This document shows positions 24,397 through 32,975 of a stretch of DNA of 57,391 nucleotides, in pieces. Below the pieces are notes generated by a model. That model was not told the DNA's origin. It was given only the letters and a program-made list of their open reading frames with translations, and searched no databases. The stretch covers positions 2,225-59,615 of the forward strand of contig JAKAHO010000001.1 of NCBI GenBank assembly GCA_021814835.1, given 5' to 3'. The position numbers and the translations under genes were made by a program. Every line of letters begins with the position of its first letter. Position 1 is the first letter of the stretch. The DNA is from a bacterium. Lineage in GTDB: Bacteria > Patescibacteriota > Minisyncoccia > UBA6257 > GWB1-50-10.

Positions 24397-24711
24397 CTAC
24401 TCGGGAGTCATCAGCATCTTCTGCAAAAACACCTTCGCATCACGTGCGACCTCTGCGTCGGGCGCAATCGCGTCGACGAAATCGGGGAGCTCGATATGGA
24501 GGCAAATTGCTTCCATGTCGGGCAGATAGTCGCTGTAGGTGTGGTATGCATGCATGAGTATCATCCCCACGCTCTGCGCGGTCTTCGCCGAGCCCGCGTA
24601 ATCGAGGATTTTGGGGTAGAACCGCGCCCGCAACTTCACGTCATCATTCACCGCGAGTAGGCGCGCGAGCATCTCATCGCGCTGAGGCAGGGTAATCACT
24701 TTTCCAGTCAT
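24397..24711 (-). CDS. hypothetical protein
   Basis: 104 aa with no recognisable domain. Lies 16 nt downstream of the membrane protein gene. Confidence 0.5.
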   Translation of the reverse strand: MTGKVITLPQRDEMLARLLAVNDDVKLRARFYPKILDYAGSAKTAQSVGMILMHAYHTYSDYLPDMEAICLHIELPDFVDAIAPDAEVARDAKVFLQKMLMTPE

Positions 24712-24727
24712 GGAGTTCCTTTCCTGG

Positions 24728-25300
24728 TTAGCGCGCGCACTTCAATGCATACGCGCGGACGTAGAGAATGTACGCCATCACGATGCCGATGAGGGCATAA
24801 ACGATAGGCTGAGCGAGGTCCATGAGCGACCAGCGGGAAATGCTCATAAACGTGAACACGCTCGAAACAAGCGTCATCGTCCACGCGAGCTTGTCCTCGC
24901 GGGCCGGGTTCTCCCACGCCGAGACGAACGTGGGAATCGAGCCCACGAACATCACGAAGAGGCTCGTCACGACCCCGAATTCGGGGCTGTCGAATACCTG
25001 CCAGAGCGCGATGCCGAAAAGCGCCGCACTAAAGCAAAAAATATCGAGCGGTTTCCACGCGGACGTGCCGAACTTCAACGCGAGCCCCGCGATGAGCAAA
25101 CCGCCGATTGTGGCAGCAAGTACTTGGCCATTCACCGCACCCCTCACCCACATCCCCGAGAGGATGATGGAGTCGAGCGTCGCCCAGATAATCCACGTGG
25201 TCTTCGAGGGCTGGGTCTTTCTCCGCAGAATTGCGGCCGCGTAGGGAATGATGCTTGCGAGAGCGATAAGCCCCGCGAGGACCGAGAACACTTGTTTCAT
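24728..25300 (-). CDS. hypothetical 6-TM membrane protein
   Basis: Six hydrophobic helices. The ..IIPYAAAILRRKTQPSKTTW.. segment is reminiscent of PQ-loop proteins, but the family is not established. Confidence 0.6.
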   Translation of the reverse strand: MKQVFSVLAGLIALASIIPYAAAILRRKTQPSKTTWIIWATLDSIILSGMWVRGAVNGQVLAATIGGLLIAGLALKFGTSAWKPLDIFCFSAALFGIALWQVFDSPEFGVVTSLFVMFVGSIPTFVSAWENPAREDKLAWTMTLVSSVFTFMSISRWSLMDLAQPIVYALIGIVMAYILYVRAYALKCAR

Positions 25301-25383
25301 TTGGCGCCTCCCAAGATGCGAGCAGGAAAGTTCTTACATCATTAAACAGCGTTCGCGGATGCGTTGCAAGATTACATAGCCAA

Positions 25384-25421
25384 GCATACCCGCATTGCGG
25401 AGCATACCCGCATTGCGGAGC
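25384..25421 (+). repeat. 19-bp perfect tandem direct repeat (x2)
   Basis: GCATACCCGCATTGCGGAG occurs twice in tandem. Each unit contains the near-palindrome CCGCATTGCGG. Lies 60 nt upstream of marR. Confidence 0.9.
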
Positions 25422-25480
25422 AGAGAAGCCCGTGATATGCTTAGCCTACCTAACAATTCGCGGTTTGAAGCGTTAACACA

Positions 25481-25915
25481 ATGAAAAAACGACCACTAAT
25501 GCCGATCGGCGATTCCTCGCTGGAAGAAACTCTTTTTGCTTTCCGCAGGAAACTGATGGAAACGGTACGCAAGGAGGCGGGGGGGTTACAATTCCCGATA
25601 TCGCAAATAGATACGCTCTCCTACATCGCCGAAAAGGGAAACCCTTCAATGAAGGAAATCGCGGGCCACTTGGGCATCACCCCGCCCTCCGCCACGGCAA
25701 TCGTGGAAACTATGCAGAAAAAGGAACTCGTAACGCGGGTATCGGAAAACAAAGACAGGAGAACGATTCGAGTAACGCTGACGCCGAAGGCTTGGAAATT
25801 CTTCAAATCATTCCACAAAATCAAATTCGGAATATTCACAAAAATGCTCTCGAAGCTGGGAGAAAAGGAACGAAAACAACTGGTAACCATACTCAACATC
25901 ATTATTAAAGAATAA
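25481..25915 (+). CDS. MarR family transcriptional regulator
   Basis: Winged-HTH segment QIDTLSYIAEKGNPSMKEIAGHLGITPPSATAIVETMQKKELVTRVSENKDRR. Confidence 0.85.
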   Translation: MKKRPLMPIGDSSLEETLFAFRRKLMETVRKEAGGLQFPISQIDTLSYIAEKGNPSMKEIAGHLGITPPSATAIVETMQKKELVTRVSENKDRRTIRVTLTPKAWKFFKSFHKIKFGIFTKMLSKLGEKERKQLVTILNIIIKE

Positions 25916-25917
25916 CC

Positions 25918-27051
25918 ATGAAACATCACATCAAAAAAGTATTGCTGACGCCGAAACTCGCAATCGGCATCGCATCGGGCATTGCGGTGGTGGTAGGCAT
26001 AACGGCGGTTGTTATGCATCAAAGGACACAGGCAGAACGGTTCGCGGAAATCAACGGGATCCAGCCATCGGTTATCAGCGGATATGACAACAGCAAAACG
26101 CCCAAGGACATTGTCCTCGCGTTTCCTGTGGGAGGCCGCGTAAAAAGCGTATCGGTAAAAATCGGCGACACAGTGACAGCAGGCACAGTATTGGCGAGCC
26201 TCGATGCGGGCAATGCGATAGGGGCAATCAACCAAGCAAAGGCGGCATACCTCGTCGCAAAAACCGCATACGACAGGCTCGTAAGCGGCGCATCAACGCC
26301 CGATATAGAAGTGACGCAGGCGGCGGTTGATTCGGCGTCCACCGCACTCGACAATGCGAAGCAAAATTTAGTGCGTGATATTACGACGGCGCACAACAGC
26401 GTGAACTCGGCAGTGGTAGCGAATACCAATGTCTTATTCTCCAACCCGCAGTCAACGTCGCTTCAGTTCAATTTCCCCGGTACCGTGCAAACGAACCAGC
26501 AGTTAGTTATAAACGTAACGAACGAGCGCATTAAAATAAATGCCGACTTGGACGCGTGGCAAAACGAAATCGCTTCACTGAACTCATCGAACGTGGATGC
26601 GGTGGTCTCAGACTCAGTCGCATATATGGGAACAGTGCGTTCATATTTAACCGACGTGATAACGCTTTTGAGCTCGTACACGCAGGCGACCGCAGGAGGG
26701 AGCCAGTCAACAATAACGGCGGCACTCGGCGGAGTAACGTCGGCAAAAGCCTCAGTTGATGGCGCATATCTTTCCGTTACGAACGACGTACAGCAGATTA
26801 AAAGCGCAAAGGCGGGACTTGATCAGGCAAAAGCATCGCTTGCTCTGAAGCAGGCCCCCGCACGCACGGAAGACGTGGCGATTGCGGCAGCGCAGGTGCA
26901 GAGCACACAGGGCGCGCTCCAGATTGCGCAGAGCGTTTACAACAACATGCTCATCATCGCTCCCGTCGACGGAAAAATTATTAACGTCTCCGTAACCGCG
27001 GGGCAAATTGCAACACCCAACACGGGCGCAATCGAAATCGTATCGCAATAA
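25918..27051 (+). CDS. HlyD-family periplasmic adaptor protein
   Basis: N-terminal TM helix, lipoyl-like GGRVKSVSVKIGDTVTAGTVLASLD, long coiled coil. Paralogous in architecture to ORF 1..1446. Confidence 0.8.
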   Translation: MKHHIKKVLLTPKLAIGIASGIAVVVGITAVVMHQRTQAERFAEINGIQPSVISGYDNSKTPKDIVLAFPVGGRVKSVSVKIGDTVTAGTVLASLDAGNAIGAINQAKAAYLVAKTAYDRLVSGASTPDIEVTQAAVDSASTALDNAKQNLVRDITTAHNSVNSAVVANTNVLFSNPQSTSLQFNFPGTVQTNQQLVINVTNERIKINADLDAWQNEIASLNSSNVDAVVSDSVAYMGTVRSYLTDVITLLSSYTQATAGGSQSTITAALGGVTSAKASVDGAYLSVTNDVQQIKSAKAGLDQAKASLALKQAPARTEDVAIAAAQVQSTQGALQIAQSVYNNMLIIAPVDGKIINVSVTAGQIATPNTGAIEIVSQ

Positions 27052-27065
27052 CACCATCCAATACT

Positions 27066-27710
27066 ATGAACGAAATAACGAATGTAAAAAAAGAAAGTAT
27101 GTTTACGCACCCCATTGCGCAAAGCGTTATGGGTATTGTGGCGGTCTCCCTGTTGCTCGGCGGATTCCTGTACTGGGAAACAAATGCGGGAACGCTCTTC
27201 ATTGAAAACTCGGAAATAAACGCGCCCATTATCAATATGTCGCCGACGACTCCCGGAACGCTCAACGAGCTTTATGTGAAGGAAGGGGAGACGATTGCCG
27301 CGAATACTCCCGTAGCACTCATCGGCACGGGCGTTATCACTTCAAAACAGAGCGGAATTATTTTGAGCGTCTCAAACAACATCGGCGCGTACATTAACCC
27401 CGGAACCACGGTGGTTTCGATGATGCACCCCGAAGATATGCGCGTTATCGGCGCGATTGAAGAAACGAAAGGCTTGGAGCTCATCAAAGCGGGACAGAAA
27501 GCCTCATTTACGGTTGATACGTACGGAAGCAAGGAGTATGTCGGCGTAGTGGAAAGCGTAAGCCAGACATCCGTCGACACAGGCGTAGTGTTCTCAATTT
27601 CCGACAAGCGCCCGACGAAAAAATTCAACGTAAAAGTGCGCTTTAACGTTGCCGATTATCCTGAATTGAGGAACGGAATGTCGGCGAAGATAACGGTCTA
27701 CACGAAATAG
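27066..27710 (+). CDS. HlyD/EmrA-like adaptor protein, short form
   Basis: TM helix followed by PGTLNELYVKEGETIAANTPVALI and a C-terminal beta domain. Precedes the MFS pump gene. Confidence 0.7.
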   Translation: MNEITNVKKESMFTHPIAQSVMGIVAVSLLLGGFLYWETNAGTLFIENSEINAPIINMSPTTPGTLNELYVKEGETIAANTPVALIGTGVITSKQSGIILSVSNNIGAYINPGTTVVSMMHPEDMRVIGAIEETKGLELIKAGQKASFTVDTYGSKEYVGVVESVSQTSVDTGVVFSISDKRPTKKFNVKVRFNVADYPELRNGMSAKITVYTK

Positions 27711-27715
27711 CGCGT

Positions 27716-29206
27716 ATGGAAGAAGGCGGAAAGAAACACTCCAATCTGCAGTGGTGGATATTGCTTACCGTAATTGTGGGCACGTTTTTGGGCCGTCTCG
27801 ACCAGACGATTGTAAACCTCGCGCTTCCTAAAATTATCAACGACTTCGGTATTACCGTTTCGGCGGCAGGCTGGATTGCGACCGCATACATTCTTGCAAA
27901 CGCGGTGTTCGTTCCCATTTGGGGCAAGCTCGGCGACACGATAGGCAGAAAAAAGGTATACATCTGGGGCTTCAGTATATTTATTCTGGGATCCGTGCTC
28001 GCAGGGCTCTCATGGAACCTTTCCTCAATGATTGCGTTCCGCATTATTCAGGCAATCGCAGGCTCCGCGGACTATCCGACCGCAATGGCAATTCTCGCGG
28101 TGACATTCAAAGAGGGTAAGGAGCGTGCGCAGGCCTTGGGCATCTGGTCATCTTCGTTTGCGGCCGCAGTAGTATTCGGTCCGCTCTTGGGCGGTCCGCT
28201 TATCGATAATTTCGGCTGGCGCTCCGTATTCCTTATCAACCTTCCGCTCGGACTGCTCGGCATTGCAATGGCAATGCAGTTTATCAACGAATCGCGCTCG
28301 GAAGTAAAAACAAAATTCTTCGACTGGTGGGGCGCGTTCGCATTGGGAGGCATGCTCTCCTCGCTCGTCTTGGTGCTCGACAAGGGCTACGACTGGGGTT
28401 GGACTTCGGTTGAAAGCATAATCTGCTACTTCCTTATCGTGGCGTTCCTCGCAATCTTCGTAAAGATAGAGAAGAACGTTCCCGAACCGATTGTCGACCT
28501 CAAATTTTTCAAAATTCCCGCATTCGTAAATACCCTCGCCAACAACTTCGTTGTCTTTATGGGTATGATGGGAGGAGTCTTTCTGATTCCCGTGTTCGCG
28601 CAAACATTTCTCGGGTACAACGCAACCGAAGCGGGCTACCTGTTTATTCCTATGGCGGCAGCAATGATGCTTGCGGCGCCTGTCGGCGGAATGCTCACGG
28701 GCAGAGTGCAGTCGCGCTATGTTATTTTTGCGAGCACAATCGTTGCGGCGCTTGGCATCTATCTGTTTTCGGGTCTCGACCCGCGGTCGGGCGCGCTTGA
28801 TATTATTATTCCTCTCTCCGTTATGGCGTTCGGGTTAGGGTTCGGAATGTCGCAGCGTACCAATATCATCGCCTCCGTCGTACCTCCGCAGGAAATCGGC
28901 ATCGCATCGTCCATCCTCGCGCTCGTCCGCAACATCTCAGGTGCGGTTGGCATCGCCATATTCGCAACAATTTTAAACAACAGAATTACCGCGAATGTGC
29001 TCTCCATCAATAGCTTCAGCAGGCTCTACAGCCGCGTGCCGTCGGATATTCAAAAATATATCGCGCTCATCGCGCTCAAAGCGCAGATAGATGCGTATGA
29101 CTATGTATTTATCGTTGCATCGCTTATCGTATTCTTGGGTTCATTCAGTATTCTTTTCCTGAAACTGAAAAACGAACGCACGGACGTGCACGTCCACGTT
29201 GAATAA
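27716..29206 (+). CDS. MFS transporter, DHA2 (EmrB/QacA, 14-TMS) family
   Basis: LDQTIVNLALPKI, GKLGDTIGRKKVY, about 14 TM helices. Confidence 0.9.
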   Translation: MEEGGKKHSNLQWWILLTVIVGTFLGRLDQTIVNLALPKIINDFGITVSAAGWIATAYILANAVFVPIWGKLGDTIGRKKVYIWGFSIFILGSVLAGLSWNLSSMIAFRIIQAIAGSADYPTAMAILAVTFKEGKERAQALGIWSSSFAAAVVFGPLLGGPLIDNFGWRSVFLINLPLGLLGIAMAMQFINESRSEVKTKFFDWWGAFALGGMLSSLVLVLDKGYDWGWTSVESIICYFLIVAFLAIFVKIEKNVPEPIVDLKFFKIPAFVNTLANNFVVFMGMMGGVFLIPVFAQTFLGYNATEAGYLFIPMAAAMMLAAPVGGMLTGRVQSRYVIFASTIVAALGIYLFSGLDPRSGALDIIIPLSVMAFGLGFGMSQRTNIIASVVPPQEIGIASSILALVRNISGAVGIAIFATILNNRITANVLSINSFSRLYSRVPSDIQKYIALIALKAQIDAYDYVFIVASLIVFLGSFSILFLKLKNERTDVHVHVE

Positions 29207-29235
29207 AAAAACCGCCCCTCGGGGCGGTTTTTATT
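29205..29235. terminator. bidirectional rho-independent terminator
   Basis: ACCGCCCC/GGGGCGGT stem flanked by A- and T-runs. Confidence 0.8.
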
Positions 29236-29239
29236 TGCA

Positions 29240-29725
29240 CTACTGGGGGCTGACCTGCAACTTAAGCGAAATCTTGCTGTTGCACATCGCGTCATATACT
29301 CCCGCATGGTCCACGGTAATAATCTGGAAACCTTTGCCGGGAATCGCGTACGTCTTGTCCCAGAACACCATATTCGCAGTAACATTAGAAGCATTCTCAA
29401 CCATCATCTTCGTGCCGACGCGGAAGATAAAGTTCATCGGGAACCCGACGCAATCCTGAAGCGATGTATAGAGACTTTTTCCTGAATAATACCTGTACGC
29501 TTCTGCGCGAGTAAGCGCGGTGCCCGTTGTTGCTTTCGGCGCGGGAGCGGGGGTTACGGTTACGGGCGCTGAAGGCGCGGGCGTACCCGTTCCGACTGAC
29601 GGGGTGGAAGTCGCGGCCGGCGCCGTATATTCCGATGCAGGCTTGCTGAAATACATACCGAGTACAATGCCGACAACCAATATAATGGCGCCGACGGCAA
29701 CCATTTGAATCATCTTTTTATCCAT
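29240..29725 (-). CDS. hypothetical membrane-anchored protein with Pro/Thr/Ala-rich linker
   Basis: N-terminal TM helix, PAATSTPSVGTGTPAPSAPVTVTPAPAP linker, C-terminal globular domain. A TGaTAGAAT box lies 6 nt before the ATG. Confidence 0.6.
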   Translation of the reverse strand: MDKKMIQMVAVGAIILVVGIVLGMYFSKPASEYTAPAATSTPSVGTGTPAPSAPVTVTPAPAPKATTGTALTRAEAYRYYSGKSLYTSLQDCVGFPMNFIFRVGTKMMVENASNVTANMVFWDKTYAIPGKGFQIITVDHAGVYDAMCNSKISLKLQVSPQ

Positions 29726-29731
29726 ATATTT

Positions 29732-29740
29732 ATTCTATCA
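29732..29740 (-). promoter_or_regulatory. extended -10 promoter TGaTAGAAT, leaderless geometry
   Basis: 6 nt between the -10 box and ATG 29725. Confidence 0.5.
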
Positions 29741-29760
29741 AATTCCGCATCTCCGCACAT

Positions 29761-29787
29761 GAAAAACCCCCGCTGATTGCGCGGGGG
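29761..29787 (-). terminator. rho-independent terminator
   Basis: CCCCCGC/GCGGGGG stem followed by TTTTT on the minus strand. Confidence 0.75.
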
Positions 29788-29807
29788 CTAAAAACTGCAT
29801 AAAAACG

Positions 29808-30347
29808 CTACCGCACGTCACGGAAGCAGAGAAGCGCGTGACGCGCATCCCAGTAACCGCTTCCCGCAAAGTGCGCGCACGAAAACTTGAACTCTGAGGG
29901 GTTCTCGCCGCCGCGACGCCGCAAAAACGGAACCGCGCGGTCATTGCCCGCAAACTCGGGGAGCGCATGCTTTTCGTCAAACGAAAGACAATGTTTTCCG
30001 TAGGGAAGCACTCCCTTGCCGAACTCCCATACAAGGGACGCGCCGTGCGCGCCGAGAAGTATGCCGTCCTGTTTCTTGAGAAACGCAATACATTCTGAAG
30101 AGGTCATCGGGCGGACGATGTGAAACACGTCCACTAGAAACTTCCGGCCCTGCGCGAGCCGCATCGACGCCCTCGAGAACTTCTTGTCGGTGATGAGCGC
30201 GCACAGGTCGTCATGCTTAAAATGGCGTCGATACTTCTTTCGAAACTCCGCAAGCCTCGTGTCATGGTTATAGCCGCGCGGAACCGTCAGGTGAAACCGG
30301 ACGGTAAGCGTAGGGCTCTGATGGGGCTGGATACGCGTGGATGCCAA
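29808..30347 (-). CDS. hypothetical protein (GC-rich)
   Basis: 179 aa, TTG start, no recognisable domain. A terminator lies downstream. Confidence 0.45.
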   Translation of the reverse strand: MASTRIQPHQSPTLTVRFHLTVPRGYNHDTRLAEFRKKYRRHFKHDDLCALITDKKFSRASMRLAQGRKFLVDVFHIVRPMTSSECIAFLKKQDGILLGAHGASLVWEFGKGVLPYGKHCLSFDEKHALPEFAGNDRAVPFLRRRGGENPSEFKFSCAHFAGSGYWDARHALLCFRDVR

Positions 30348-30456
30348 GTGAATCCGCCTTTCTGTTGTGAATGAACAGGTGCCATGCTCCGTTCTCTCAA
30401 CGAAGTGAAGTACATTTACTCACGAAGACGTGCGCGCGTCAATATGGAGAATATAT

Positions 30457-30487
30457 AAAAGAAAAGAACGCTATCCGTAGCGTTCTT
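30457..30487 (-). terminator. rho-independent terminator overlapping the stop codon
   Basis: AAGAACGCTA/TAGCGTTCTT stem followed by a T-run on the minus strand. Confidence 0.7.
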
Positions 30488-30716
30488 TTAATTCTGCTAA
30501 TTGTTCCAGTAATTCTTCTTTCGTTTTCTCCTCGTCCTCGTTTTCCGCTACGCGTATCGCGTCGATTGCGAGGTCTCTCAGTTGTTTCGCAGTACCGTCC
30601 TGTTTGCTGATGAATTGAAAGATGGGTACCAGGGTCTCTGGGGGAACTTCGTAAATCTTCAAAATATTCTCCTCCAGCACCCGCACCACATCCTCGTTTA
30701 ATAAAACCCGTTTCAT
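30471..30716 (-). CDS. hypothetical acidic protein downstream of dnaX
   Basis: 81 aa. Overlaps the dnaX stop codon by 1 nt. Confidence 0.5.
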   Translation of the reverse strand: MKRVLLNEDVVRVLEENILKIYEVPPETLVPIFQFISKQDGTAKQLRDLAIDAIRVAENEDEEKTKEELLEQLAELKERYG

Positions 30717-31819
30717 TATTTCAGACTCTCAATAATCGCGACTTCCAAAGGAATAATAGGGAACTGGCTGTACTTCATCTGGCCGTAGGCGGCCATAAGC
30801 GCCTTAAGGAGGGCAATATGCTTGTCCTGGAAGCTTTTAGCGTGCGCCTCAAGCTTCGCCACGTGGTCGCTCATAAGCTCGCGCATAAACAGCGTTTTCA
30901 TTTCAGGATTGTAGCGGAGCACTGCCGCACGGCGGAGATATTGAATTAAATCCTTGGTAAATTGCACCACGTTGTATCCGCCGTCGTAAATCGAAGAGAG
31001 CGACTCAAGCGCCTTGGCAATATCTTTGTCGATAAGCATTCCCGCAAACGCATAGAGCTTATCAAAACCGACTTTCCCGACCATCGACTCTACATTTTGC
31101 AGGGTTACTTTCTCTCCCGAAAAACTCACAAGCTGGCCAAGCAATGATTCCGCATCGCGGAAGCTGCCCTCGGCGGAGGTTGCCACAAGCTCCAATGCCT
31201 CGGGGGAGATATCAATTTTTTCTTCTTTCGCGATGCGCTTCAGTTTTCCGACAAGGGTTTCGAGCGTAACGTGCTTAAAGTGGAACTGCTGAGTGCGCGA
31301 AACAATCGTCGCGGGCACGCGATCGGATTCAGTGGTCGCCAAAATCAAAATAACGTATGCAGGAGGCTCTTCAAGCGTTTTCAGCAACGCATTCCACGCA
31401 TCCTTTGTAAGCTGGTGCGCCTCGTCAATAATAAATACTTTGTATTTGCCTGAAGCGGGAGCAACACGCACGTTTTCTTTGAGATCGCGGATATCATCGA
31501 TACCGCGCGTTGAAGCCGCATCAATTTCAATCACATCGAGGTTATGACCCTCGTCGATTTCCGTGCACATTCGGCACGTGTTGCAGGGCTCACCCTTCGC
31601 GGCAAACTTTTTGTCCGTTCGGCGCGTTTCACAGTTTGCAATTTTTGCGATAAGACGCGCGGTGGTTGTTTTGCCCGTGCCACGAGGACCCGCAAATAAA
31701 TATGCGTGAGCCAAGCGGTCTTGTCTCGCAGCCTCGCGCAAAATATGCGAAATAGCATCCTGACCGAGGAGGTCTTCAAAGGTTGAGGGGCGATATTTTC
31801 GGTAAAGCGCACGCGACAT
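30716..31819 (-). CDS. dnaX: DNA polymerase III subunit gamma/tau, short form
   Basis: LYRKYRPSTFEDLLGQD, GPRGTGKTT, Zn module CNTCRMC, FIIDEAHQL and SRTQ motifs. Start set to ATG 31819, which is 9 nt after a TATAAT box. Confidence 0.9.
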   Translation of the reverse strand: MSRALYRKYRPSTFEDLLGQDAISHILREAARQDRLAHAYLFAGPRGTGKTTTARLIAKIANCETRRTDKKFAAKGEPCNTCRMCTEIDEGHNLDVIEIDAASTRGIDDIRDLKENVRVAPASGKYKVFIIDEAHQLTKDAWNALLKTLEEPPAYVILILATTESDRVPATIVSRTQQFHFKHVTLETLVGKLKRIAKEEKIDISPEALELVATSAEGSFRDAESLLGQLVSFSGEKVTLQNVESMVGKVGFDKLYAFAGMLIDKDIAKALESLSSIYDGGYNVVQFTKDLIQYLRRAAVLRYNPEMKTLFMRELMSDHVAKLEAHAKSFQDKHIALLKALMAAYGQMKYSQFPIIPLEVAIIESLK

Positions 31820-31828
31820 ATAAATTGA

Positions 31829-31845
31829 ATTATACATGCTATACT
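31829..31845. promoter_or_regulatory. divergent -10 boxes: TATAAT (minus, 31834..31829) and TGcTATACT (plus, 31837-31845)
   Basis: The minus-strand box is 9 nt before dnaX ATG 31819. The plus-strand box is 7 nt before ATG 31853. Confidence 0.5.
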
Positions 31846-31971
31846 AGAACAAATGAAGCGTGCGCAGGTATCGTCTCCCTACGGGAGATGTCCCGCAGGG
31901 ACACACTTGCCATCATTCTCGGCTTCGTTTTTTGGCGGACACCGACCAGCACGACTGACATTACGAATAGT

Positions 31972-32430
31972 ATGGAACCATTTAAACTCAAAACTTCGGC
32001 ATTCAGGGAAGGGGAGAAGATTCCCGCAAAGTATACCTGCGATGGAGACGACGTAAATCCGCTCCTCGAAATCAGGAATGTACCCGCGCACACCTTGAGC
32101 TTGGCGCTCATAATGGACGACCCCGACGCTTCTCGCGGGACGCCATGGGACCACTGGCTTATGTGGAACATCGACCCCGCTACGCAATATATTTCTGAAG
32201 ACAATATCCCGAACGATGCCGTGCAGGGGATGAATAGCGGTGGCAAGCCGAAATACGCGGGCCCCTGCCCACCCAAGGGTAAACCCGCGCACCACTATGT
32301 GTTCACGCTCTATGCGCTGGACGCAAAACTGACGTTGCCCGCAGGTTCAACAAAAGAGGAACTTCTCCGCGCGATGGAAACGCATATTCTCGCGCACACA
32401 AGTATCGTCGGACTCTACAACCGCGAGTAG
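31972..32430 (+). CDS. PEBP (YbhB/YbcL) family protein
   Basis: FKLKTSAFREGEKIPAKYTCDGDDVNPLLEI, DPDA, HWLMWNI and GPCPPKGKPAHHYVFTLYALD motifs. The start is uncertain; the in-frame ATG at 31888 would add a short hydrophobic N-terminus. Confidence 0.75.
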   Translation: MEPFKLKTSAFREGEKIPAKYTCDGDDVNPLLEIRNVPAHTLSLALIMDDPDASRGTPWDHWLMWNIDPATQYISEDNIPNDAVQGMNSGGKPKYAGPCPPKGKPAHHYVFTLYALDAKLTLPAGSTKEELLRAMETHILAHTSIVGLYNRE

Positions 32431-32444
32431 TCGCCTCAAACGGG

Positions 32445-32624
32445 ATGAAACCCGTTAGAGATTAACCAGTGATGTTTTACACGTACGTATTGCAAAACAA
32501 AAATAAACGTCTCTACACAGGGAAACGCTTTAACAATGGCAAGAGAAAAATTTTTAAAGTCGGGACTAGGCAAACGCTATATCAACAATAGATTAAAGCG
32601 TTTCCTATCTCTAACGGGATGAAA
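32445..32624 (+). mobile_element. start-codon-docked hairpin element E1 (180 bp, largest copy, carries GIY-YIG remnant)
   Basis: ATGAAA-CCCGTTAGAGAT ... ATCTCTAACGGG-ATGAAA, a 12-bp perfect stem. The right-hand ATG (32619) is the start codon of the downstream ORF. Confidence 0.75.
32472..32591 (+). pseudogene. decayed GIY-YIG nuclease ORF (39 codons) inside E1
   Basis: MFYTYVLQNKNKRLYTGKRFNNGKRKIF.. . FYTYVL-x8-LYTG matches the GIY..YIG spacing of small GIY-YIG nucleases. The rest of the domain is missing. Confidence 0.55.
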
Positions 32625-32933
32625 CCGCCGAAAAACGATTCGCGATATTCCTGGACGAGTCACGTCTTCGGAAAAATGTTGCACTACGGAATAGGCGAGG
32701 GGCGCATCCGCCGTATTATCCGCGCGCCCGCACGCGTTGAAGAGGGTGTTGCGGAAAATACCATTGCGGCAATGCAGCCGACAGGCGTAAGGGGCCAGCA
32801 CGAGATGTGGGTGATGTATAAGCTTGAAGGCGGAAAAATTAAAGTCATTACCGCATGGCGCTATCCCGGCAAGAGCTCCGCCCGCGATCCCATACCAAAA
32901 GAAATTCTCGCAGAGGTCCACCAACTTATTTAA
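32619..32933 (+). CDS. hypothetical protein, possibly DUF4258-like
   Basis: WTSHVFGKMLHYGIGEGRIRRIIRAP.. resembles the H-x3-R-x3-RGI-x5-I pattern of DUF4258. This is a weak call. Confidence 0.45.
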   Translation: MKPPKNDSRYSWTSHVFGKMLHYGIGEGRIRRIIRAPARVEEGVAENTIAAMQPTGVRGQHEMWVMYKLEGGKIKVITAWRYPGKSSARDPIPKEILAEVHQLI

Positions 32934-32975
32934 GTTTACTTAATTCGCTATTTTCAGTAGAATTCAATTCGTTAT

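Noticed and set aside
30703-30716. ATGAAACGGGTTTT at the start of the minus-strand ORF 30471..30716 resembles part of the E1 boundary (AACGGGATGAAACCCGTT).
   Set aside because: Only a 6-nt ACGGGT core is shared. There is no second arm and no ATGAA duplication, so it is insufficient to call a copy.
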